From Ginglymostoma cirratum (lineage: Eukaryota): a stretch of 64,000 nucleotides of DNA. A model generated the notes under the pieces. The model ran no database searches. It saw only the letters and a program-made list of their open reading frames with translations, and was not told the DNA's origin. Shown here piece by piece: positions 27,901-42,900 of the stretch. Position numbers and translations under genes: made by a program. The stretch covers positions 31,664,772 through 31,728,771 of the forward strand of contig JAHRHZ010000133.1 in NCBI GenBank assembly GCA_024137785.1, given 5' to 3'. Numbering within the stretch: the first letter of the stretch is position 1; every line of letters starts with the position of its first letter.

Positions 27901-30900
27901 CTGTGTTCTCTCTGACTCCACATCAGCAGTTCTGACCATCTCCAAGATGTCACAAGTCAGTTTACAACTAAAGCAAAATATTTTAATTGTATAGGATAAA
28001 CTGATAGCTCAGAAACTTAAACATACAGTATCACATCTTGCATCTGAAACTCACCCAATTATCATGTGCTTTTTTCTCATGAGATACAATCTGTAAATGC
28101 AAGTAAAATTGTTTAATTGAAGTCTGTTCAACAAAATAATGAAGCCCTATTTTCAACTATGTGACAACATGATTGTATCCATTGACAGATCATGTTTCAT
28201 TAACTTCAATTTACAAGCAAAACACTGGCTATTACGTCTTTATTTTTGATAATGGCAAATTAATGTACATTTTTAATGCAACAATTCACATTAATATAGC
28301 ACTTTAAACATTGAAAAAAGTATCTGAAATATCTCACAGAAGTCAATATCAAGCCAAAGAATGAATATTGGGGTGGAATGGAAGGGAATGTGTGGTTTAA
28401 AGTGTGTCAATGGAGGAAAGGTGGAAAGGCATAGAGAATCTCATACTAAGTTATACCGAATAGGTACAAAATGACTGATGACGTGGGCTGAATGGGATGT
28501 ACAGTCAGGAGGATTGGGTTGGTGAAAGGAGGATGCATGTGATCAGAGTTGGAGGAACAGAGAGTTCACATGAAGCTGGAAAATGTTACAAATCTAGAGA
28601 ATGCAAAACCAGAACAGGTTTTAAACATTAGGAACAATACAAGTCAATGAGCACTAGCATAATGGATAATCAAGACTGGAGCTGAATATTCCCTGCAAGG
28701 ACGAGAAACCGACATCAGGATCCTGTGAAGTGCGGTAGCGGTGGAGAGTGTGGACTCACTCACCAAGACTTCCATGGGTTTGCTGACCTTAGAGGTCTCA
28801 AAGATGGAGAGCAATTACAGGCCTTTAAGCTTGAACGGAACAGCAAGTGACCATAGAAGATAAGTAAAACAGAAGGCACTTCAGAATGGCAGTATTTCTC
28901 TCCAATCTTTAAAAACCTTAAATTAAAATTGGCTTTTACCAGTCGGACTATCATTGTGGAGATGGAAGGAAAGGCTCTCTCTTCGTCTACAGAAAGATTT
29001 TGAAGGTTTGCCTGGAATATTGGTACCTGGCAATAGTCATCTGAGGCAATATTCTAAATGATCTTGTGGTTTTTAATGACTGCTGGGCTACCAACAGGCA
29101 GCCAATCACCTGATCCAATCTCAGCAAAATCAACCAAGAGGCTGAGAAGTAGCACTTCAGCCTCTTGCTCCAGCTTTGGCATAAGTCAAGAATCTATCCC
29201 TTTGTGCAATACAGGATATAGCCAGCAGACTTTTGGATGAACTGGAATTATAAAGAATGCAGAATGGGATGCCAGCCAGAAGAACACTGAGATAATTGAG
29301 CCTGCATCTGATGAATATGTACTGAGGGCTTTAGAAGCAGGTAATCTTAAGGTTGGCACATTATAGTAGAAGATTTTTTTTAAAAATTACTGAAACTAAT
29401 GAAAACTGAGCAAACAATAATTTCTTTTACGTACTTGATTTTTATACGACTCTATAGTTTTAACTAATTCTTCTTCAAGATCTTTAGCACGTTGCCTGCA
29501 AAGAAAGCAAGAACTGTAATGGTATCAGAAAAAAAGTAACGAGATATTAAGTAACAACTTAAAATTCCAGTTACCTATAAATACTGAGCTCCTCAGTCGC
29601 TTGATTAATCTTTTCATCAACTTCGGAAAGCTTCTCTTCCTTCTGTAGGCGCTGATGCTCCTCTAATGTCAGATTTCTATGTACAATGCAACCCAGAACA
29701 ATCACAAGAAATTATTTACAGCCTAGCAACCTTCTACCCAGTTCATTTAAGAATAAAAACAATTACGAATGCCTCACAAGGTGATGGCTTAGTGTTAATC
29801 AGTAGCCGAGTTAATCTTTTGAAACTTATTGATTTAGGAATTTTCAGTTTCTGAAAAGGATTATATTAATTGTAAGGAAATTGTGTCTCTCTAACTATCA
29901 ACTCTAACCAGCCAACACCAGGGTATTTAGTTGATGAAAAACAGTGAATTTTACAGATTGAATATTATCTCCTAAATCATAATGAGCTAGAAAACACCGA
30001 TTACAATTGGACTTGTGTTCTCCTGATTACAAAATTCAAACATAAATTGTTGAAGAATAACTTGATTATCTTCCATTTATTATCAGCATTTCTTTATTTT
30101 CCACACCTCAATGGACCATACATGATCTCATCTCATGAATGAAAACTTACAGACCATAACTATCGTTGTTGAACATACGTGCTTGTGAATGCAAAGCAAT
30201 GTTTCTTCATGTTTTTCCCTCACATTAAGAAACGCTATGCCTTTCACCTTATTCCTCCTCTCTTCTCAAAGAGAAGATCAGTGCCAAGTGTAAGCATCAA
30301 AATCAGTATCATATTACTAAACACAACCAAATTTTCTGAAACTAATTGATACTCAAATATAATTATATTCCTACACAATTCATTTTCATTTAAATTCTAC
30401 CTGAATCATGCTTTGTACCTTTGAAGCTCCATTTCTTTCTCATGGTATAATTCTGTCATGATCTTTAACTTCTGCTGAATGGTCTTGTATTCAGTCTCAA
30501 ACTGAGTTGTCTCATTCTGTACAGAAGTCTGTTCTAATTGAAGTTTTTCAATTCGCTCTGCCAAATGGAAAGAAAAAGGTTCCCGATTACATTGTAAGTT
30601 CAGTTGTAATTTGTTTGACAACTTCCATACCACAAGATGGTCATAAGTGAGAATTTTTAGGAGAATTATGGAACTGTAATTTAGGAAATGTGCAGAAAGA
30701 CTGCCAGCAAAGGGACAGTAAATCAATTTGAGTACATGACTTCCAAGTGAAACTGGTTGTAGACAATTACATATGGAAGAAATGTTTACTGTGGCAGAAG
30801 AAGCAGAGAACCATAACACATTACATCGCTGAAGCAGGCCATTCACTGCCTCTTCGCTACAACAAGAATAATCCAACTGTCTTTGGATTCTATTCATGCT

Positions 30901-33900
30901 TCATGTGTTTAACCACTTCTCCCTTAAAACACACAGGTTTCTGCCTCAACTATTACCTGTGGTAAACGTTATATGCTCCAATAATTCTTAACTTAGAATT
31001 TTCTTCTAATTTTTCCCAAATTAGAAACAAATTTAAAGTAGTGACTCACATCATTGATTCTCCACTTGTAGAAAACAATACTTTCTCAGTCACCATAACA
31101 CAAACCTTCTTTATTTTAAGTAGGTCAATTAAATCTCTTCCTAGAACAGGGAAACTGTTTCAGTCCATCAAGTTTCTCCTCAGTCCTGGTCTTATAATCT
31201 TCACTGCACACTGTTACTTGCTCTAAAGTCCTTCCAATAAGGCACCGAACAGTTTAATAGCACAATAACCAGTCAACTTATTACTTCTTCACTTCTGCAG
31301 TCTCTGTCTACAATTATAAAACTCAAAATGCTTTTGGCTTTTATGACTACTAAATCATTTCTCTGTTCCTCACAATTTTCATTATTTTTTCTGAAAAGTG
31401 TTTCTGCCTTTCAGGGATCACTGGAGTCAGGGAGGGTCCCAGACAACTGAAAAATGGCTAATGTAGCACCCCTGTTTAAGAAGTGAGGGAGAAGAAGATG
31501 GCAGATTATAGGCCGATTAGCCTGATCTCAATCATTAGTAAGATTTGAGAGTCTATTACTGAGGATAAGATTGCAGAGTACTCGGAACTGCATGGTAAAA
31601 CAGGGCTGAGTCAGCATGGCTTTGTCAAAGGGAGATCATGCCTGATAATTCTGTAAGAATTCTTTGACTGAAGAAGCAAGTTAGACAAAGGAGAGCCAGT
31701 GGACGTGATCTATTTGAGTTTCCAGAAAGCTTCGATAAGGTGCCTTATAGGGGGCTGCAAAATAGCATAAGAGCTTGTGGTGGTAGGGGCAAGGCACTGA
31801 CGTGGATAAAGGATTAGGTGACCGGCAGAAGGCAGACAGTAAAGATAAAGAAGTGTTTTTCAGGATGGCAGCTAGTGACTAGTGGAGTTCCACCGGGGTC
31901 AGTTTTGAGAATGTGAGAGGATATGCACATATCAGATCATATGAGAACAGAGGCGTAGACTATTTTTGAAATGGAGAAAGGCTTTCAAAATCTGAAGACC
32001 AAAGGAACTTGGGAGTCCTCGTTCAGGACTGTCTTAAGGTTAATATGTAGGTTCAACAGTAGTTAGGAAAACAAATACAATGTTAACATTAACTTTGAGA
32101 GGGCCTGAATGCAGGAGCAGGGATGTACTGCTGAGGCTGTACAAGGCTTAGATTAGATCAGATCAGACCAGACTGCATTTGGAATGTTGTGAGCAGTTTT
32201 GTGCCCCGCATCTGAGGGAGGGCATGCTGGCATTAGAGGGGGTCCAAAGAAGGTGCATAAGAATGATCCCAGGAATAAAGGGCTTATGATATGAGGAGAG
32301 GTTGAGGACTCTGGGTCTATATTTGATAGAGTTTAGAAGGATGAGGGGAGATCCCATTGAAACTTACAGAATACTGGATAGAGTGGATGTGGAGAAGGTG
32401 TTTCTATTATTAGGAGAGACTAGAATCCAAGGGCACAGCGCCAGTGAAGGGACAACCATTTAGAATTAAGATGAGAAAGAATTTCTTCAACCAGAGGATG
32501 GTAAATCTGTGGAACTCATTGCTGTAGAAGGCTGAAGGCCAAATCATTGAGTATATTTGAGAGAGATAGATAAACTCTTGATTTGTAAGGGGATCAAAGG
32601 TTACAGGGAGAAAAGAGGAGAATGGTACTGAGAAACACAGCAGCCATGATTGAAAAGCAGAGCAGACGCAATGGGCCAAAAGGCTAATTCTGCTCCTATA
32701 TCTTATAGATATAGTCTATTCCATGCATTTCCTCCCAAAACAAGAACCTCACATGTCTCTGCAGTAAACTGTATCTACTATCTACCTATCGTGTCCTGAA
32801 ATCATTTGCAACATCGACATTTTGTGCTGTCAAATTTATGCTATATATTACAGAAAAGTAGAAATGGTCTTAGATGAGCAGCAGCCATCAACGTTAACCC
32901 TCAGTTCCTTATCAGCTGAACATTTTCTATCCATACTCAGCCTTGTCAAACGCCCTGTCAAATGCCAAAGATTCATACCAACACAATTATTCCCCTTTAT
33001 AGACCTAACCAATAACTGTTTGATAATATTATGTAAAATTTGGTAAATATGACTTACAATATCAACTAAAGTTGGTTAAATATTAAATATAACAAGTCCA
33101 GAAAATGCAGGAAAATACTCAGCAGATCAGATAATGTCTGTGGGGAAGAAATTTTGTGTTCCCCAAATGTTTTCCAGCATCTTCTGTTTTTGTTTCAGAT
33201 TTTAAACATTCACATTATTTTGCATTTGATTCAAAAATGCAATGTTTCATTATCCCAAGCATTTCTAAAGTTTCATTTGTTTGATTTAAACTACGCATTC
33301 TAAAAGTTCAGATTAGCTGCTCTACAGTACATGTTCCTCTCTCTTCTTGAACAGTAGGGTTACATTAGTAACTATGATGTCTCTCTTTTGGGTACAGCAT
33401 TTTTCACCACGCTTTCTCTAGGCAGGCTTGTTTATCAGTCAATGGAGTCTCAATTGCTAAATAGCTGAATTTCAGGACTGTATTTACAAAACAGCAAAAG
33501 TAGAAATGGTAAATCTGAAGATTTAATGAAAAGTAAACCTCGAAGAGGGAGAACCTCAAACTGGTTGTAAGGAAATAAAAAATTGCTTAAGAAAATTCCT
33601 CAAAGAAAAACGAACACTGGAATGGAACTTTCCAAACATGTACTGATGCAACTGTTCCAAGAAGCTGTTTTGCTTTTTAAAAACAGACTCATGATATAGC
33701 AATATGCTACAATGAATATATGAACGTTTCAGATTCTTGTATTTACCCATTAGCTCTTGCTTTGCTTTGATTTCATCAGATAACTTGCTGTAAATCTGAT
33801 TTCTTTCATCTTCCGCTGATTTCAAACCAGCATTTAACTAAAAGAAATTTAAAAGGATTTATAAACAATAATGACAAACATCACATCGTGACAATGGACT

Positions 33901-36900
33901 TCTAAAGTTTTTATTTTAAGTGGCTAATTTCTGGCAAATAGCTATCAGCAAATTATGTAGGGACATTTCTCATTCTCAGAGGCATGACAGCTGAATTGCG
34001 GTCTCCAGTGTTGGATCAATTAATTATTCTATGCATACTTTTTCTATTCATTCTTGGAATGACAGTGAGACCATAAAGGCTAGGATTTGTTGCCCATCCC
34101 CAACTGTCCATGTCCAGATGATGATCAGACATCACTTTGAATCACTGCAGTCAGATCAGATATGCCACAGTATTATTAGGTTTTTGACACAGTGACTGTG
34201 GAGGAAAAATGGTGACATACTGCCAAATCAGGACGGTACGTGGAAGGGAAGCTTACAGGTGACAAATTCCACACGCTTCTTCTGCCCGGTCAAGAGCACA
34301 TGTTTTGAAGGCACAGTTAAAGGAGCCTTGGTGAGTTCATCTTGTAGATAGTACACACTGCTGCAACACTGCATTGGTGGTGGATGGAGTGAAATTTAAG
34401 AAGTCTGAGGTTTAATGGGTGCCAATCAAGCAGGCCACTTTGTTTCAAATGGTGTGTGCTTTTTTTGAGCATTGCTGGAGCTTTACTCCTCAAGGCAGTT
34501 GAAGAGAATTCCATCACATTCACGACTTGTGCCTTGCAGATGGTGGATAGATTTTGGACAGTCAGGTGGTGACTGACTAACTTAAGGATTCCCTGGGAAT
34601 AGTGATATACTTTTGTACTGATATACACTGATATACTTTTGAAGCCACAGCATTTATATGACAGGTCCGGTAAAGTTTATGGTCAATGGCACTTCCACCC
34701 GGGCAAAAGTTTAGATTTTCTTTTGTTGGAGATGGCCATTACCTGGTGCTTGTGTGGTACAAAATGTTACTAATCATTATCAGGTAACTGCCAGGCAATG
34801 ACCATCTTCAACAAGAAGGAATTTAACCATTGTGTTACCACTTGTCGATTGTACAATGAAGTGTAATTTGAAAGACAATGCGAAGAAAATAAGAGTGGAA
34901 ATAAGTCTCAACCTTGTTCCATCACTGAATCAGCTCTATCTGAACAGTATCTGAACTCCATTTATCAGCCTTCACTCCATACTCTTTAGCACCTTACAAA
35001 TATATAGTAATCTGTTCTGAACTTTCCAATTGACCTAGCCTCAACAGCTTATTGGCAGAAGACTGGCAGTTGGACACCCTGCCACCTTTCCACTTTCACC
35101 CTAAACAAGGCTGCGGTGATAAGGCCCATGGATAGCTTCTCTGCGCTGCTACCTACTGAGGTAATTAAGTTTTTTTTAAATTCATTGACGGGATCTGGGC
35201 ATCTCTGGCTAGGCCAGAATTTACTGCCCATCCCTAACTGCCCAGAGGGTACTTCAGAGTCAACCACATTGCTGTGGGTCTGGAGTCACATGTAGGCCAG
35301 ACCACGTTAAAAATGGCAGTTTCCTTCCCTAAAGAACATGCATGAACCAGATGGGTTTTTCCAACAATCAACAATGGATTCATGGTCATCAGTAGACTCT
35401 TAATTCCCGATGTTCATTGAATTCAAATTCCACTATCTGTCACAGCAAGATTCGAACCTGGGTCTCTGGATAATAGTCCAGTGATAATACCACTAGGCCA
35501 TCGCTTCCCAGCAGGCAATTAATGGTGGCTACTTCAAGTAAACTCATACAGGGTAGCTTACAGGCTTATGGAGAGGCTGCTTTGAAAGGCACTCAACCTC
35601 TGATCACAGGACTGAACATGGGAGTTTGAGTGGGGAAAAGCATTGCTGTTGATTGGCTTGCTGCTCTTGGCAGACAGATCATTCTCCACTTACTCCTGAT
35701 TCTGAGTACAGCCTGCTGCTGGCCTATCAAGTGCCTGAGCAGAAAAAGATATGGTAAGACTTCCTGAAAAGTTGTGCTTCAGGGTTCCAGCCAGTGGTTA
35801 AGACCCTCTACACCTCCACAAGATTTCACTCTTCTTCCATTTGTGGCAAATCATTGCTCTATGATGCATCTTGGATGATTCCTTTATATTAAAAATACTT
35901 TATAAATTAATTAGAGACAAAGAAGAAGCTCTGTCATGCCAAGTATTTTTATCATATTTTGTTGAATGGAAGCAGCAGGGCAGTAGCACTCCAGTTATAT
36001 ACGGTATATTGAAGAAACAGTACCAGCTGTTTTTCCCCTTGCATCACCATCTCCCCAGCAGTACAAAGAATATTAGGATATGTTGGCATTCTGTAAATCT
36101 AACAGGCTTATCACACATTTCAAAGCAAGTACATTAAGTGGAGCTTCAAAAAGATAGAATATTGCCCAAGAACATCTTATTAGAAAGTATGAAAGCAAGT
36201 AACAGCATAGAGATTATACTGCAAACTAACTTACCTTGGCAACATAAATCAATTTTTTAATTTTTTCCTTCTGTTGTTCTTCTGACATTTCTAATATACA
36301 TAAAAGAAGACATATTTTAGACAAAGAAGCTGGCCTTATCAGAATCCAAAACTTAGGATAAAAGAACCATGCAAGTTAATACCAATCACCCTGGAAACAA
36401 ACATATTAAGTGAACGTGTGATATATTAGTGGGAAGCTCCTTAACCAGGATTATTTTATCCAGATCCTTCAATCAGAACTTAGGACAGTGTTCAAAAGAT
36501 AAAAATGATATGGCCTCATCCCAGACAGCAGCAGTATTCAGAACACGTCCCTTGAGCCATTTGTGGCCTGAATGTGGCTTTCCTGTAGCTTTTCACTGAC
36601 CCAAGGGCTTGCTACTTTTAATCTGCTCACCAATCCACCTATTTTGTGCCCTTCCTATATTCTCCTTCCCTCCACGTCTCCATCACTCACCACTTCACTC
36701 AAATCTCCCTGCTGGCTGCCTGTGCCACTTTCTGCCTCCCTCCCACTTGCTGACCCTTGCATTTCCTTGCTTTTGCCATCCATTTCTCAAGCCCTTGCTT
36801 GCAATGGTTTGGAGAGGGATGCAGTTTGGAGGAAGGATCAGTGAGGGAAATGGTAAGCTGATGTGAGATCATTGTCGAGCGAAGTAGCAAGTGGGAGGGT

Positions 36901-39900
36901 CAGCGAGGAGGAGGAAAGCAGTGAGCAGAAGAGGCAGTGAGTAGGAGGGTCAAGGTAAGTAGTTATTAAATACAAGTTATTAAAGTGCTAAAGCTTTTTC
37001 TTATGATCAACTTTTGTGTTGTATGTAACAAGACTTTTTTTTTTAAGAAATAAGTCACAGTTAATCCTCAAGTGCTTTTTAAACATTACTTTGGTGGCCT
37101 GTTTAAAAGTTTCCAATACTTCTGTCTATTTTTCTAGTCAATGTCACTGCTACAAAATAACTTAAACGTGGGCACATGTAGGAAAGCACCTGAACTTCAG
37201 GAAGTTATTTGCATCATTTGTATTAAAACAAACAAACTTGTTCATTGATACTGTAAACAAATAACACTACAAAAGAAATAAAACTGCTAAACAATTATTA
37301 TCCCATGTTTTGAGAAGCAGCTACTTTCAATGGATGGTCTGGGATTTAGTACCAGGGTAATTTCTGAATTGTCAGAACACTCTTAACAATATTATTCCCA
37401 GCTAAGAATTAGTTTAAAGAAATTCTGGAGATTTTTGAGGAGTTCACAAAGAGGGGAATGCTGTTGACATGATGTACGTGGAATTTCAGAAGGTATTCAA
37501 TACAGTGCTACACAGAGTTGTGAGAAAAGGTATAGCTTATGGAATAAAGGGACAGTAGCGACGTGAATACAAAAATTGGTTGAAGGAAGAGAGAGTAATG
37601 GTTAATGGATATTTTTCAGACTGGAGGAAGGTTTTTAGTGGTACTCTGCAAGGGTCAGGTTATGGGACCATTTCTTTTTCCGTTTTATATTAATAATCTC
37701 TTGATGTGCTGAAGTCAATTTCCAAGTTTGCAGATGATACAAAAGTTGGAAGCATTGTGAATTGTGAGGACACTGTAATGCTACAAAAGAACATTGACAA
37801 GTTGGTGGACTGGATAGATAGGTGGGTAGCAAATAAAATTCAACGTGGATAAATGTGAAGCAATTCATCTTGGTAAAATAGGACATGAAGATACTTGATA
37901 AAAAGGGCACTACCATAAAGAATGTGCAGGAGCAGAGAAAAATTGCAGAACTAGTACAGTCAGCGGTCAATAAAACATACCTTTTCCTAGGCTTTATTCA
38001 TTGGGGCAGAGAGAACAGAAGTGAAGAGTTAATGCTGGACTTGCACATGATCCTAGTTAGATCTTATCTGGAACACTGTGTACAGTCTTTAGGTGACACA
38101 CTTTATTAAAGGTGTAACTACATGACATTGGGACCTTTTTTGCTACCAGGAATGAGAAACAGTCATGGAGACAAATGAAGAAGTTGAGAATGTTTTCCTT
38201 GAAGAGAAGGCCAAGAGAAGATTTTATAGAATCATGAGGGTGCTTGCTGGAATAGACAGGGACAAACTGTTCCCTCTTATAAAAGGGTAATGAACAAGAG
38301 GGCACAGATACAAAATAATTTGTAAAAGAAACAAATGGAGTGTGCAAAAGGAAACCATTTTCATACAGCAAGTAGTTAGTTCCTGGAATCATTCCCTGGT
38401 ATTGTGGCGGAGGCAGATTCGATTAAGATATTAAAGAGAGCATTAGATGATCATTCAAATAGAAAAAATCATTCAAGGTTATATGGAAAAGGCAACAGAA
38501 TGGCACTAAGTCATAATGCTCATTCATCAGCTGTTGCAGACATGATGGACCAAATGGTCCACCTTTTGCACCATAACAATTGTCATTCTTAGATAAGATT
38601 ATATGATGTACAGCAACCTTGTGAAGGCTAACAGTTTAATAACATCCTTATGCAGTCTTGCTAATGTTCCCTAGTTCCATGGCTGTGTCAGAAACGAAAA
38701 AGTTTCTTCCTCACTCAATTTTTCTCTTTGCTTAATTTTCTTCCATTTTCACTGATTCCACTGGACTGAATACCTAGTTCATTCAAATAGAAATAACTGG
38801 CAGATTTAATTTGCTCATTTAACTGACCCAAATTTACTTGCTAATATATTCACCACACATGGCACATGAATCTAGCTCAGTGCTAGATTGGTTGGAAATC
38901 TTCACCATTCAGTATTGACATACTGCCTCTCATTGATAAAAGACAATCACTTTGTTTGGACGCCCACAGCAATATGATGATGAACTAGCAGCTCAAACAG
39001 AGATAAATTATTTAGACCTAATTTGCATTGCAAAGATATCAATGCCAAAGGTTGGGAAATAAAATGTTCCAGGGTACACAACATTTCAAAAAGGCAGAAT
39101 TGAAAAAGAGGAAGGTTAGCCTTGATAATGAAGGATAGCATAAGGATCTTAATGCAAAAGCATCTTGGTTCAGAAAAATCAGTATGGGTGGGCATAATTT
39201 ATAGGCCCTCTAATAGTGGTATTACCACTAAACAAAGCACTGAAGAAGGAATCATTGGAGACTGCCTTTGTTACAATGTAAGTAGTAGTGCGGGGACTTT
39301 AATCTTCATAAAGACTGGACTAATCAATTTGACAAAATTGAATTGTAGAAGACTCTTGAAATAGTTTTCAGGGACAATACATTCTGCAATTAAGGAAGGA
39401 CAAAACAATTGGAGATAGAGTATTGCACAGTGTGGCAGGATTAGATGGTAACGTTTAGTAAAAGATTTAATAGGAAATAATGATTATAATATAATTGAAT
39501 TCTACATTAAGTGTGAAAATGAAATGCTCCAAACATAAACAAGCACCTTAGACAAAGCCAGTTCCATATCTGTAAGGAGAAAGCTGGTAACTAAAAATGT
39601 ATGGTGGCAAATAAACAGTAAGGAAGGCTTAAAAGAAACAATTCAAAATGTTCAACAAAAATATATTCCACTGAAAAACAAAAACCCAGAGTATTATTCA
39701 TGCTGATGAGTGACATTAATGACAGCATTAGTTTAAAAGTAGTAAGAAACAACTTTGCAGGATTAGTCTCAAATCTATAGATTGGGACTACTTTAGAGAT
39801 CAGTACAGGGCTACCAAAAAGTTGATAAAAAGAGAAAGAACAGAATAACAGTAAACTAGCCAGGAATACAAAATAGAAGAAAAAGCGTTGCAAGTATACA

Positions 39901-42900
39901 AAAAGGAAGAGAGAGTGGCTAAAGTTAGTACTAGTTCCATAAAAACAGAGACAGAATAGATTATCATCAGAATAAGGAAATAGCAGACATTGAACAAATA
40001 TTTTGAGTCTGTATTCAAGAAAGGTACATGCAGGTATAGCAAGCAATTGTGAAGCATAGAAACATAGAAGACAGGACAAGGATAAGGCCATTCAACCCTG
40101 CTCGGCCATTCAATACTATCATAGAAACCTTAAGAGTGTGGAAACAGGTCATTTGGCCCAACAAGTACACACCGCCCCTCCGAAGAGCATCCCGCCCAGA
40201 CCCATTCTCCTACCCCTTAATTTTCAATGTCTAACCCACATAACCTAAACATCCCTAAGCACCAAGGGCAATATAGGATGGCCAATCCACCTACCCTGCA
40301 CATCTTTGGACTGTGGGAGGAAACCGGAGCACCCGGAGGAAACCCACGCAGACAGAGGGAGAATGTGCAAACTCCACACAGAAAGTCGCCCGAGGCTGAA
40401 ATCGAACCCGGGTATCTGGCGCTGTGTGGCAGCAGTGTTAACCACTGAGCCACCATGCCGCCCTATCATGGCTGATCATCAAGCTCAATACCAGGGCTAA
40501 AAGGTTTACTCCTTATCCTTAAACTATGACCTCTAACTCTAGATTCCCCAATTATCAGGAACATACTTCTTGCATCTAAACTTGTAGAATTGTCTTGTTC
40601 GAATTTTATAAATTTCTACGAGATATTTCTCCTTCATTCTTCTGAACTCCAGTGAATACAATCCTAACTATCTCAATCTCTCCCCATGTGTCAGTGCTGC
40701 CACTCCAGAAATAAATCTGGTAAACCTTCATTGCAGTCCCTCTAAAGCAAGAGCATCCTTCCTCAGATAAGTTGCCCAAAACCGCACACAATATTCCAGA
40801 ATGCAAATAGCATGATGGCTTATATTGCAAGGAAATTGGTGTACAACAGTAAATAACTTTTGTTACAATTTTATGGGGCTTTGGTAAGACCACAACGAGA
40901 ATTCTGTGTGCAATTTTAGTTTCCATATTTAGGAAAGAGTATACTTTTATACAGTATAACAATGGTTCACTTGATTTGTTGCTGGATTGACACGGTTGCC
41001 CTGTGATGAGAGTTGAATAAATTGGATCTATATTCTCTAAAGTTTAGAATACGGGGTGATGTCACTGAGGTATTCAAGATTCTGAAGGGGTTTGACAAGT
41101 TAAGTACCGAGATACTGTGCTAGATTTCTCCAGACAAAGGAAAACAATGAGGTCATTTTCAGAAGAAGAGGACCAACATTTCTACTGCGATGTGGAGAAA
41201 TTTTTTCCAAAGTTTCGAATCTTTGGAATGCTCTAACCTAAGGGTTACAGATGTATCATCATTGAAAATATTTAAACTGGAGATAGGCTGATTGATTTCT
41301 CAGGTAATCAAGGGATATAAGGAGCGAAGTGGAAGGCAGAGTCAAAGTCCGAAATATGAATGGCAGATCAGCTTGAATGGGCCACAGGATCTTCTCCTGC
41401 TCCTATTCATCTTCTTTTTCCAGACTACTGTTGAAACCAGCAAATACACTAGCAACTAGGTTTAGCTATTTTGATACAATCTCTTCAATCAGACCTGATA
41501 TTAATTCACTGATTCACGACATGATTGCACCCCACTTTCAGTTTTAGATCAATTTTGCCCTAACTATTACCTTCGGCAGGACTTTCCTCCTCAGCTACAT
41601 TCCATAATTTCATCTTTAGAAGGCAGCTTGTCAGAGTCTAAATAAAGAAAAATTAGAAATGAATATCTTTAAGAATTGCTTGCATTGTTACTTTATTTCA
41701 CAGGAACAAAGCCTTACCTTCACCTCATTCTCTTTACTTGCAAAAACCCTGCGAATATCCTTCTGTGACTTCTCACATAATTTAATTTGTTCAGTAAGTT
41801 CACTGTACCGCTCCTCCCACCCTTCTGATTCTCGCAATAGCTACAGAACACAATCATAAGAACAGCTTGTAAGACACTCAGTAAATACTTGGGTATAATC
41901 GATATATTCAGAACATCTTATCTCATCAAGCACCTGCATCCCAGTTATAACAAATATAGCAAACCATGTAGTTATAAAATATAACACAAAAAAGCGAACA
42001 AGCATCCTGATCCACAAGTCCAGCCATGTCTCAACAAACTGCACAAAGGCTTAAAAAAACTGACCTATGAAGAAAGAAATAAAATATACAGTGACATACT
42101 GTTATTCAAGAATCCTGGCAAGAAAACATTGATAATTTTTAACATTCAAAGATACAATTGGTAGGCTACAAGTTAATAGTCATGATTACAAAAACCAAAT
42201 TCCACATCTTAATCGGGACACATCAAAACTGGAGATTGGAAGCTAGGCACTATCATATAGAAAGGAAGAAAGAAAGAAAACTGTTAGCAAAGGTGAACTT
42301 CAATATCTCCTAATTACTAGATGCTGCACAAGATGGTGGGCAGCTTGGAGAATCTTTCATTGTTTCGTACAAAATGAGAACCACAGTTTATGCTGCAAGA
42401 TGGTCAAAACAATGGAAATATTACAACATAAAAAGGGTTAAAAAAGCAAAGCAAATCAAACTAAACTATATTTTAATTATTGTTAAACTTAACTCCAGTT
42501 GAATATCATTAGATTATCACTGCTATAGCTCTTCATTTTTCTATACACGATATCAGTAAGCATCCTCGAGAAAATGGAAAATCAAACAAATACATTTTAT
42601 ACTTTGCAGGAGTTGAGATAAAATATTTGACAGAAATATTTCAGCTATACCTGTTCTTTGCTTTGTTTAAGATGATGATTTTCTTCTTGTGCAATTTGGA
42701 AGGATTTTTGATGCTTTGAGTTGTTAATCTGAATTGCTTTTAATTCATTTGTCGTCTTAAAATACAGAGAGACATTGAGTTGGTTTCTGCCTCACTGTAA
42801 ACAAATCAGCATTATGCAATCACATGTTGTACACCTTACCTCTTCAATTTGGACTTGAAGATTCTGTGCTTCATTTTCTAGAGCAGTTAAATTTGCTTGG

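Larger units (their letters stand above)
39020..41410 (+). mobile_element. Old CR1 LINE (APE endonuclease region at 39020-39600, 3' end at 40800-41410) interrupted by nested inserts
   Basis: VGIIYRPSNS and GDFNLH.DW APE motifs; ANSMMAYIARK...ALVRP 3' motif. Confidence 0.78.

Noticed and set aside
40380-40463. tRNA-like A/B boxes (also at ~44100, 50130 and 57965)
   Set aside because: SINE heads continuous with SINE bodies; no complete cloverleaf.
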